Assembly (NCBI GenBank): GCA_964016885.1
Contig: OZ024747.1
Span: 81,654,001 to 81,718,000, forward strand
Length of the DNA: 64,000 nucleotides
DNA from: Eledone cirrhosa
Lineage: Eukaryota
Reading direction: 5' to 3'
In this document: one piece after another, positions 52,222-64,000 of the stretch
Numbering within the stretch: the first letter of the stretch is position 1
How the letters are laid out: each line of letters starts with the position of its first letter
Made by a program: the position numbers and the translations under genes
The notes under the pieces: generated by a model
Told to the model about the DNA's origin: nothing
Seen by the model: only the letters and a program-made list of their open reading frames with translations
Database searches by the model: none

Positions 52222-52254
<33 letters not shown>

Positions 52255-52262
52255 CATATATA

Positions 52263-52712
52263 TATCTATCTATCTATCTATCTAAGGTGGGTAAAATTCC
52301 CGAGATCCATGGACGAGTTCTCTCCAGCGGTCTCTGTCCCTCATTATCGCTGCCATGTCCTGCATCTCCAACAGACCAGTGTCTAGTCCTTAGGGCATCA
52401 ACATACGTTAACCTTGGTCTTCCTCTTCTAGTGTGTCCATGTAGGGGCTCCCAAAGGAGCACTGAGTGCAATGTCAATTCTGGATGTCGGTGAGCATGTC
52501 CAGCTAACCTCAGTCTCCTCTGTGTCACTTTTGAGCTGACTTTTGGGATTCATTGCTGTAGTGGAGTCTGTGCTACTGTATGGGTCTGAGACTTGGATAC
52601 TGACCAAGAAACTCACTCAGATGGTGGATGGGTGCTACACGAGAATGCTGAGGATGGCTCTGAACATTAATCAGTATACACTGAGGATGAAAAAATCAGA
52701 GCTGTATAGGAA
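52263..52712. mobile_element. RTE-like LINE 3' fragment with 5' inversion
   Basis: Plus part 52547-52712 reads [12 protein letters not shown]...RMLRMALNI. Minus part 52545-52275 reads RRLRLAGH...LLWEP..GRP..TYVD and ends in a (TAGA)n tail. Confidence 0.85.
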
Positions 52713-52791
52713 CATATATATATATACATATATATATATACATATATATATACATATATATATACATATATTTATATACATATATATATAC

Positions 52792-52842
<51 letters not shown>

Positions 52843-52855
52843 CATATATATATAC

Positions 52856-52944
<89 letters not shown>

Positions 52945-53074
52945 TTGGTAAACGGAAAAGAAAATGCTGACAAATTGTTCACAGTGAAAAATAATTTAAT
53001 TAGGAATAAGTGAGAATTAGTAATAGTATTGGTTAGTATTCAGTTTTAAGTTTTACCGGTTGCTCATTTCTACA

Positions 53075-53124
<50 letters not shown>

Positions 53125-53125
53125 C

Positions 53126-53158
<33 letters not shown>

Positions 53159-53173
53159 CTTATATATATATAC

Positions 53174-53222
<49 letters not shown>

Positions 53223-53301
53223 CATATATATATATGTATATACATACATATATATATATATACATACATATATATATACATACATATATATATATACATA
53301 C

Positions 53302-53337
<36 letters not shown>

Positions 53338-53346
53338 TTATATACA

Positions 53347-53410
<64 letters not shown>

Positions 53411-53411
53411 C

Positions 53412-53466
<55 letters not shown>

Positions 53467-53473
53467 CATATAT

Positions 53474-53518
<45 letters not shown>

Positions 53519-53687
53519 CATATATACATATATATATATATACATATAAACATATATATATATACATATATACATATATATATATATACATATATACATA
53601 CATATATACATATATATATACATATATACATATATACATATATATACATATATATACATATATATATATACATATACATATATATAC

Positions 53688-53734
<47 letters not shown>

Positions 53735-53823
53735 CATATATATATATAAATATATATATACAAATATATATATATATTTATATATATATATACATATATA
53801 TATATATAGACATATATATATAC

Positions 53824-53857
<34 letters not shown>

Positions 53858-54249
53858 GGAAAGTTATATTTAAATTGTTGGGTTACAACTAGTAAATATT
53901 TATAACTGATATAAAAGCACTCAACAAGTATTTGGAGTATATTTACGATATTAAATAAATGGAAACTATATTTATAAAACCATATTTATTTCATTATATA
54001 TATATTTCAGGGATATCATATTAACAATATGTTATGCCTTCCTCAGACAAAATACAATATAGACAGTTTTATAGATAAATAGATTTGACATACCGTTCAA
54101 CATCGACTTGTATTTGAAAAAACTGCCAAATCAACTTTTTCAAATACAAGTCGATGTTGAACGGTATGTCAAATCTATTTATCTATAAAACTGTCTATAT
54201 TGTATTTTGTCTGAGGAAGGCATAACATATTGTTAATATGATATCCCTG

Positions 54250-54260
<11 letters not shown>
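53858..54260. mobile_element. Family B fold-back Penelope-like insertion
   Basis: About 125-bp near-perfect palindromic arms (53996-54121 / 54136-54260) around a 14-bp spacer. The left side extends into the tail homologous to 2660-2783. Confidence 0.85.
53987..54056 (-). ncRNA. Type I hammerhead ribozyme (family B), complete
   Basis: TATTTTGT-CTGAGGA-AGG...CCT-GAAA-TATATATA-TA-ATGAAATA. Confidence 0.75.

Positions 54261-54262
<2 letters not shown>
54203..54262 (+). ncRNA. Hammerhead (family B) truncated at its helix III / cleavage site
   Basis: CTGAGGA at 54211 and GAAA at 54249, then runs directly into genomic (TA)n. The helix I 3' strand is absent. Confidence 0.7.
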
Positions 54263-54286
<24 letters not shown>

Positions 54287-54591
54287 TATATACATATTTA
54301 TACACATATATATATATATATATACATATATATACACATATTTATACACATATATATATATATATATACACATATATATACACACACATATATATATATA
54401 TATATATACATATATATACATATATATATATATATACATTTATATATATATACATATATATATATATATACACATATATATATCCATATATATATATACA
54501 CATATATATATATATATACATATATATACACATACATATATATATACATATATATACACATATATATATATATACATATATATACATACAC

Positions 54592-54627
<36 letters not shown>

Positions 54628-54951
54628 GTATATGTATATATATGTATATATATATGTGTATGTATATATATATATGTATATATTTGTATATATATAGATA
54701 TATATGTATATATTTATTTATATATATATATATGTATATGTATATATATGTATATATATGTGGATATGTATATATATATATGTATATGTATATATATATG
54801 TATATGTATATATATATACATATATATACATATACATATATATATACATATACATATATATATACATATATATACATATATATACATATACATATATAAC
54901 ATACATATATATACATACACATATATATATACATACACATATATATATATA

Positions 54952-54998
<47 letters not shown>

Positions 54999-55003
54999 CA
55001 TAC

Positions 55004-55034
<31 letters not shown>

Positions 55035-55091
55035 CATACACATATATATGTATATATATATACATACACATATATATATACATATATATTC

Positions 55092-55158
<67 letters not shown>

Positions 55159-55431
55159 CATATATATACATACACATATATATATACATATATATACATA
55201 CACATATATATATACATATATATACATACACATATATATATATATACATATATATACATATATACATACATACATACATATATATATATATATACATACA
55301 TACACATATATATATACATATATATACACATATACATATATATATATATACATACATACACATATATATATATACATATATATACATATACATACACATA
55401 TATATATATATACATATATATACACATATAC

Positions 55432-55464
<33 letters not shown>

Positions 55465-55762
55465 TATATATATATAACATATATATATTTACATATACAT
55501 ATATTTACATATACATATATATATATATATATATATACATACATATATATATATACATATATACATATATATATATATACATATATACATATATATATAT
55601 ATACATATATACATATATACATATATATATATATACATATATATAAATATATATATATATACATATATACATATATATATATATACATATATATAAATAT
55701 ATATATACATATATATAAATATATACATACATATATATAAATATATACATACATATATATAA

Positions 55763-55890
<128 letters not shown>

Positions 55891-57290
55891 AAACAAATAC
55901 AAAACTTCCTTCAATATCAGAACACATAAAATAAGTTGAAAACAATAAACACAACCATCATCAATAACCATAGTAGCATCCTCAAACTTTTACCTGCCAC
56001 CTTACATGAGATTTGTATCATTACAATAAAAAAAGAAAAATGCAAATATAACCAACATTATCTCTCTCCTACAATATTCCTTACTATCTACACTAACTGA
56101 ATCATCAGCAGCTACATCAACAATATCAAACACCAAAATCTAAATAAATAAATAAATATTCGACATTTATAAAGCTTAACTTTTATTAGTTGCCTCATTG
56201 TCACACAAGTCAGAGATAAAATTTGGTTCAAATGACACTCATTACAGATTCTTTCCTTCCTATACTGACAAACTTGGCTATTTATATGTATATTTCTTAT
56301 GATGTGTTCTTGTTTTCTAAGATTACATTCATTTGTGTATGTGGGGCCATGTAACTGTGTGTGTGCATGTTAAGATCTTTAGTAGCAGGTGAACATACAT
56401 TTATATGATCATAAATATGGCAAGAGATGCATACATACACGCACACATACACATAAATATGTAGCTTTGCTTGTATGTACGGAGATATGTATATAGGGTT
56501 TGTAAACATGAGGAAAAGTGCTGAATACAAAAATAGAGAAAAATATTATGGAGGTAACAACAGAGATTAATCATAGTAAAATATATATATATAGAGAGAG
56601 AGGGAGAGAGGGGGGGGGGGAGGAGAGGGGGAGATACTGATACTAGTATATCATAGACATGGGTGTGGTTAGTCGTTTTGCAGCTATCTAGTCTTGTGTT
56701 CTCTCTCACTGTATTGCACATTGGGAAAATGTCTTCTATATCCTCAGTCTGATCAATGCCTTGTAATTGAATTTGGTAGAGGGAAAGTGTAAAAAAGCCT
56801 GTCATATGTATTTATGTATATATGCATATAAACATAGATATTGTTGTATGGTTAAGAGGTTTGTTTCACATCAGAGTAGATTTGGGTTAGGTCCAACTGA
56901 TTAATGAATGAATTTAGTAGACCGAAACTGTAACAAATCCCCTCTATGTATTTCATGCATATATACATATATACATATATAAGGTATGTAAAGGACTCTT
57001 AACTTTTGATGGATCTATGGGGCATCATCCTGATATGGGGTGTGTATTGGGCATTACAAACTTAGCAGAGCCCATCACTCTCCAGCTTGGAACACAATCA
57101 ATTACTTCCAGAGGAAGAGAGAAAGAATCAATCCCAGAACTGTACTGGTACTTCATATATCGATCTTAAAAGAATGAAAGGCTGTGCTGACCTTGATAGA
57201 ATTTGAACTCAGAGCACATCTAGCTGAAACAAATGGAGAGGGACTTTTAATTTGATACTCTAATTACTGTCAGTTCACTATACATATATA

Positions 57291-57510
57291 TGAAGGTGTG
57301 TGGCTGAGTGGTTAGAGAATTGGATTCACAATCATGAGGTTGTAAGTTCAATTCCTGGACTGGGCGATGCGTTATGTCCTTGAGCAAGACACTTTATTTC
57401 ACATTGCTCCTTTTACCTGGAGTTGCGACCGATAGAATAGTATTAGAAATTGGAAAGACCAATGGAAACATTGTTTCCTTGGACCAATTTGACAAAAGTT
57501 GATCAACTGT
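57291..57510 (+). mobile_element. CORE-SINE family C
   Basis: Homologous to 49035-49262. Confidence 0.85.
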
Positions 57511-59309
57511 CGATATATAATAAATATATATATTGTAAATAATTTCTCAACACAGCTGAATGCTAACTATATAGTTTATGTCTCGTATAAACAATACATT
57601 AACCAGTTTGATAAATATATAATACAAAATAAAGCTCATCTTGTTTTGTGAAGTACTGAAATATAACACAAATAATAATGGGTTTTGTTATAAGGAAAAG
57701 GTCATCCATTTTAGGGGAGGGTATAATCATATGAACTGCCTGCTACTTTATTTCATCAACTATGGATAGATGAAAGGCAAGGTTAGACTGCAGAATGCAA
57801 AGAATTATTACTAAATACAAGAAGGCATTTTGTCTGACACCTATAATAGTATAGTAATAATTATAATAAAATAAAACTAATAATTACAAGAAAAATCAGA
57901 AAGAAGCAGTATGAATTTAAGGCAATATCATGATAAAATATGTTAGGATGAACATGATAGCACGGGAATCTCTCATATAAAAGAGCATCATCCCTCCAAG
58001 ATAACATATAAAGAAACTGTATATGGCATATAAGAGGATGTGATTTCAGGTGAAAACATTAGGCATGATTGATGTAGTGAAATGGATTAGGTATCTCCTT
58101 TTTGCAACCACATTATTGACTTTCAGACCAAACAATAAACATTATGCAGAAAGTAGTAAAGAACTACACATATAATGAGAATAAAGACTATAGAAGGAGA
58201 AAGATGAAGTTTGCTTGATAAATAATAGCTTTGAGTGCCAGCTAGGAGAGAGAGAAAGGAGGCAGAGGAAGAGGGAGCCAAAGAAAATGAGAGAGAGGGG
58301 GAGAGAGTGAGTGAGAATCGGTGTGTATAATAATTATGTAATCAGAAAGAGATATTAGAACTCTGCCAGTAAGTTAATGGTTCATATCAGTCATAAAACA
58401 GACTTCATAGATCCATCATAAAACAGGCTGATGTATGATGCTAGATATCCTAGATATAGCCAAGATACACACCCCACTAATGAGATAACACTAAATCAGA
58501 GAAAGAGGTGCAAATAATCTTCAGAAGAATTTTAGAATTGCTAAAAATTGAACATTTGCTGTGACCTCTTAATTTATGGTGTAGATAGAAATAAAAGAAG
58601 AAAGATCACAGAAGGTAACTGGAATATTGAAACACTTCCCAATAGATAATGTCACAAACTACTGACAGCTGATATGTAAATCTGATTAGTTAATAAGAGA
58701 AAAAGGAGGAGAGAGAGAGAGTGAGTTAGTTTAAAACAGGTGCAAAGAAAAGACAAGATGAATGGAATTTTAGTGAAAAGAAAATTTGAAGGAGAGATAA
58801 GGTGGCTATGAGAAAATCCTAGCAGAATTACCATATATGCTTATGTATGAGTTGATCCAAATATAAGTTAATCATTTTAAGTCTGAGAAATTAGCAAAAA
58901 TTTAAACCCTATGTATGAGTTGAGGCAACTAATCAAACAGATTATGGTTAAATGATGTGGTTTTGTAAATTCCCACGGGTGTAGAATGTTTGTTGGAAGT
59001 TTTAATACTTTGATATCTAAAATGTTTTAAGTGTAATATAGAGGATAGTTTTTGTTTCACAACTCTATTATACCATTTCATCTATTTCATAAAGTTTCAA
59101 AAAATTTCTCTGTTTTGCTTGCTTCCTTTTAGCAGACAACAATAGCACCATCTTCTGAATGTAACAGGTTTTTATTCAACATACAAATCAAATAAAACAT
59201 GTGTATATAGTTTTCCAAGAGATGGCAAAATAAACAGAAATGAACCTGCTTTTTGTTTCTGCCCCTGCTCACTCCTCTCTATCTTTATATTCTTCTTTAA
59301 TTTCACATT

Positions 59310-59350
59310 CTATTTTCTGATGAAGGACAAGCATCTGAAAGGTTAAGACT
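59310..59350 (+). ncRNA. Degenerate minimal hammerhead (family G)
   Basis: TTTT-CTGATGA-AGGA(CAAGCA)TCT-GAAA-GGT-TA-AGAC, with flanks similar to 35760-35850. Confidence 0.5.
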
Positions 59351-60360
59351 TTTCTTACTATATTAAATGTGAAACTAATATATATCTTTATTGAACCTCA
59401 TCAACTGTTGCATTTTACCATCTACTTTAAACACACACACACATGTATGTATGTATGTGTGTATGTATGTATGTATGTGTGTATGTATGTATGTATGTAT
59501 GTGTGTATGTGTGTATGCGTGTATGTATGTATGTATGTATGTGTGTATGTATGTATGTATGTATGTATATATAAATGATATATAATTATTATTATCTATG
59601 CACTACTGTTTCCGTACTAATAACGTACTGTGTACACTCTCAGTTATAATTATGTATTTTCTTATGTACAAGGATTATAATCTCATTTAGTAAGGAATGG
59701 CTGAGACAATCAGGATTCTCTTCAGTTTGCTTCGTAATCGAAATTATTTATTTACTCTCCCGATTTGCAAATTTACCTTTAAATGTAAACTGATCATTTT
59801 TTATATTTTATTTTAATACAGTTCGATTTATATATATATATATTTATATATATTTGCAACTCTCTCTCTTTGTTCCTTAAAGTATTTACCTGAAAGCTTA
59901 AGGCAAGAATTCAGTTTTTTAATTTCCCACCACCATGTTTCTTCACAATGGCCAGTTGGCCGAGGTCCTCTATAGGAGGTCACATGTCACTACAAGTCTG
60001 AAACTGTTATGTTTAGTAATGGCAGGAACAAGGTTTGGATCATCTACCACCTGCCAATCCTTCACCCACTTATTTATCTACAATAGAAACTGAATACCAC
60101 CATAGCACAGGATTTCTATTTTTGTATCATACAGGTTCTTTACTTTTATAAATTATAGACACACGTTTTCTATTTGAGTTTGAATAGTCAGCTGCTGAAG
60201 ATGAACTGCAATATCTGTTATGTATTGCCTGCAGATATTAAATAAATATTGTGAATAACAGTTAAAGTTGTAACTACTAAAATCATACTGCAGTAGAGAA
60301 ACTAACAATAGTCTGGGTTTATATGATATGTAACTATTATTAACCATGTGCCAAGGGCGA

Positions 60361-60545
60361 TGGATTGGCAGTATCGGTAGAGAGTCGGACGCCATGCTTT
60401 GAAGTATAGAGTTACGTCCCTTTATGATCTGAGTTCAAATCCCGCCGAGGTTAACTTTGCCTTTCATCCTTACGGGGTCGATAAAATAAAGTACCAGTAA
60501 TGTACTGGTGAATTGCTGGCCTTGTGCCTAAAATAGAAACAATTA
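60361..60545 (+). mobile_element. SINE family B
   Basis: Full-length plus copy. ATTATTAACCATGTGC occurs on both sides (60337 and 60542), a possible target duplication. Confidence 0.85.
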
Positions 60546-60726
60546 TTAACCATGTGCTGCTAACTAATAAGATGTGTGCACTCTGGGTTATAAGTTTGTA
60601 TCTTCTGCTGTACAAATCTTATTGGGTGAGATAGGAAAGGCTGAGGCTGTTTCTACTTTCTTTGGTTAACTTCATAAATCAAAATGATTTATATATACAC
60701 ACACACATATATATATATATATATAT

Positions 60727-60841
60727 CAGGGGCGAAGGGTTCGTGCATGCAACGCGTGCAGTGCATGCACTATAGAATCTTGAGTTGATCAATTGCATCG
60801 GTTGAAGCAAGCAGAATGTTGGCTGTTTACTAAAACGTATA

Positions 60842-60876
<35 letters not shown>

Positions 60877-61087
60877 CAGCTTTGGGGCAAGAAGAATTTT
60901 GACTGCTTACTAAATCGTAGACACATAAAAAGATAACACACACACACTCACACACTAGATAACACTACATGCGGCTTTGACCGGGAGGGTCATTTAGAGG
61001 GAATTGTGTGTGTAAGGCTGCACAGCTCCACTTTCCACCATGGCGTTGGACTGCATGCCCTGCTTTCCAGGTTACCCTTCGCCACTG
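60727..61087. mobile_element. Unclassified MITE inserted in (TA)n
   Basis: TIRs CAGGGGCGAAGGGT / ACCCTTCGCCACTG (13 of 14 match), with TA on both sides. Confidence 0.75.
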
Positions 61088-61710
61088 ATATATATATATA
61101 TATATATATATACATACACATATACATGCACAAAAAAATGAAAAGGGATTGAGGCTCCTGGAATTCTGTGATGCGAATGAAATAACCATTTGCAATATAT
61201 GTTTCAGGAAACCAACCAGCTACCTGATTTCATATCAATTAGGTAAACACAAAAGCCAAATTGATTATTTACTTGTAAGACAACAAGACAAATAGACTGT
61301 AATAAATACTAAAGCCTTCTCTGGGTAAGAATGCACTGCCCAACATAAGTTAGTTATTAGTGATATCCAAAATAAGCATAAGACAGAACAAGATATGCAG
61401 GAAAATATGGAGCCGGAGGGTTTGGAAGCTAAATGAACTTAGCATAATAACAACAGGCTGCTACGATCGTCTCTGGGTCAAAAACAAAAAAAAAACTTTT
61501 TTCTTCTGTTTTTTTTTCTTTGCTTTTTTCCTTAAAGCCTCTTGGAATGTGTTTACCATCATTATTATGCAATTTACACCTGGAGATTTCATCAGGTGTA
61601 AATTACAACCAAGCCATTGAAATGTTCGTAGTATTTGCAGAAATAAATAATTAAGGAAATTCAACCTTCTGGCCTCCTGTCATTTTACTTTATAATATAT
61701 ATATATATAT

Positions 61711-61805
<95 letters not shown>
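61711..61805. repeat. (GA)n microsatellite
   Basis: Direct reading. Confidence 0.95.
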
Positions 61806-61809
<4 letters not shown>

Positions 61810-62249
61810 TTGGGAGATATTTTAACCATTATTTTTAATTTGAGGTAAGACTGAATATTTATATGAAAAAAAAAAAAATGAGTTTTAAAAATTAAACTTT
61901 ATGCTTGCATCCACATCAATTCAATTAATTGATGGGTGGTTGCAGTATCAATATAGAGCCACAGTTATTAAATGCAGCAATGTGAAATCAATATTAGATA
62001 GGTCTACAAGAAACTCTATTAAAAAAAAAAATGCCAGCTTTCATCTCTGATCCAATATGATTCATATTGGCAAAATATTTGGAAGATAAGGATCAATATG
62101 CACTGAGCAGTGTGTAACAAAAGAAACAAACCTGATCTCTATCTTGAAAATAATGAAAATTTGTAACACTAGTATTATGGCATCTGCTGCCAATTTAGAT
62201 AAAGAGAAAATTGTGTGAGAAAGGAGAATACAAAACATGATTAAAAATT

Positions 62250-62700
62250 CTACAATTAAGGATAAAAGAAAATATGCCATTTTATGCTCAGTTTGAGAAA
62301 GATACAAGGGAGCTTATGACAGAGAAATCCTTGAATGTGTTATGCAAAGAAGAGCTGAAAAATTGAAACATAGAGTCAGTTAATCTAGATAACACATTCT
62401 AAAGAAAATTTGTAGAAGAGACATCAAGTCTACCAGCTAGTTGACTAGAATATTTCAAATAAAGAGAGAAGATGAAGTATGTACAGAATCAGTGGCTGAA
62501 AAATTTTAAGCTTGAAAGATTACCAATACAGCTATGACAATATGTGCCACAATCTCCATTAGAATCTGCACCAAATGTATGAATTTTAAATATCTGCAAA
62601 GTGGTAGGAGCAATGTAGTTGAAAAGTCAATTGAAAATAAGCAAGTAAAAATCAGACATAACATTCAAACAAACCAGATCATAGAACAACGAAAGCTTGA

Positions 62701-62710
<10 letters not shown>
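62250..62710 (+). pseudogene. Degenerate R4/Dong-like RLE retrotransposon C-terminal region
   Basis: QFEKDTRELMTEKSLNVLCKEELK; DYQYSYDNMCHNLH*NL; HNIQTNQIIEQRKLDII. These resemble the R4 motifs HGQF, EY..RHD.V..IHW and IQTD..I..RxPDI. Confidence 0.55.
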
Positions 62711-62743
<33 letters not shown>

Positions 62744-63061
62744 ATAGCTGTGAACAAAGAAACAAATGAACACTTTGTCAATAGTGATACTATACTTGGA
62801 AACAGGATACTATCTATATAGAATTCTTGATATTACTAAGTATTTATAATTCAGATTTGAGATTTTTTTTTGTGTGAGGAAAAGCTCCCATTCTAGCTCA
62901 AATTATTACAAATGAAATCAAGCATGAGCACACTATAGCTTTATGTATGGCTTGGAATTATCAATATTCTACAGAATTATCACATAGATTGTGTAGGCAA
63001 CTTATAGAAATACCACTACTATTACTACTACTGCTACTAATAATAATAATAATAATAGTAA

Positions 63062-63280
63062 TGGTGGATTGACAAAATTGTTACAGCACTGAATAAAATG
63101 ATCTGTGGTATTTCTTCTGGCTCTTTACACACGGTGTTGAAATCCTGCAAAGGCCAACTTTGCCTCTCGTTCTTCTGAGGTCAATAAAATAAAGTACCAA
63201 TCCAATACTGGGATCAATTTAATGACTTTCTCTTCCTCAAAAATTGTTGGCCTTATATCTAAACTAGAAATAATTTTTAA
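63062..63280 (+). mobile_element. Old degenerate SINE B relative
   Basis: GGCCAACTTTGCCTCTCGTTCTTCTGAGGTCAATAAAATAAAGTACCA. A similar relic lies at 34586-34800. Confidence 0.6.
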
Positions 63281-64000
63281 TATTATTATTATTATTTTCA
63301 TTATTATTAGTAATTCTAACCTTGGAATAAGGCCATAAATTGTGGAGGAAGAAGACTCATATTCACCTAAAAGAAGAAAGGTCAAATTGACCTAAATCAA
63401 ATTCAAAGTCAAGAACTTAACTAGCCAAATCTCTGAAAATTATATTAAAAATAATCATAATGATTTATAACATAAGCATAAGGTCGGAATTTTGATTACA
63501 TGACTCCACTACTTGACTCAGACTTATTTTATTGACTCTTGAAGGAGGAAAAACTAAGGTGACTCTGGCAAAGGACAGATCTAAATACAAGAAATTTCAC
63601 TTAGCACTCTACAAATACAAACAGCTTCCAATCTAATACAGATAAATTACAAAGGAAGATACAACAACAACAGGATTAAAGGGAAACCATATGGTGAAAA
63701 ATATAAATAACATAATAAAGATAGCTAATAGATACAAAAGACGAGAAGAAAACATCAAAACTTAACAAGCATGGCCCAGTAAAACGAGCTGAATTGTTGC
63801 TAACACATTTAGCCTTCTATTATTAGCAGCCAAGTCTCCCTCAAATATTTAAATGAGTATGGTAAATTCAATAATGTACTTCTAGATATAGCAAAAGATA
63901 CAATTGTTACAGTTAGAATGCCTTTGATAATAGGTTCACTAAACAACAGCAAACACTGTTATAAACAAACTTGTTCCCCCATACAGATGATTTACAACTA

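Noticed and set aside
59690-59745. CTGAAGA on the minus strand (also at ~23720)
   Set aside because: No closing helix II-GAAA; not a hammerhead.

Overview
Very AT-rich eukaryotic (animal) non-genic DNA. CORE-type tRNA-SINEs with RTE-like (GAT)n tails and extreme (TA)n/(TACA)n content suggest a coleoid cephalopod such as Octopus; this is an inference. I cannot support any host protein-coding gene. Almost all tracked ORFs are microsatellite artefacts (YIYI, CVCV), and the real coding pieces are retroelement fragments: RTE with a PHD finger inside RT, a long open CR1-type RT, CRE- and R4-like RLE relics, a Gypsy gag relic and Penelope GIY-YIG ends. The most striking signal is about 15 hammerhead-ribozyme (HHR) motifs from about 8 sequence families. 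They sit mostly in fold-back (inverted pseudo-LTR) Penelope-like insertions in (TA)n tracts. They include a ~2.8 kb non-coding, circularly permuted retrozyme-like unit (40.3-43.4 kb), a U3-A8 core variant, and a family whose predicted cleavage site lies inside an (AT)n palindrome that merges with the genomic (TA)n target. All structures were read by eye, so coordinates may be off by a few bases.
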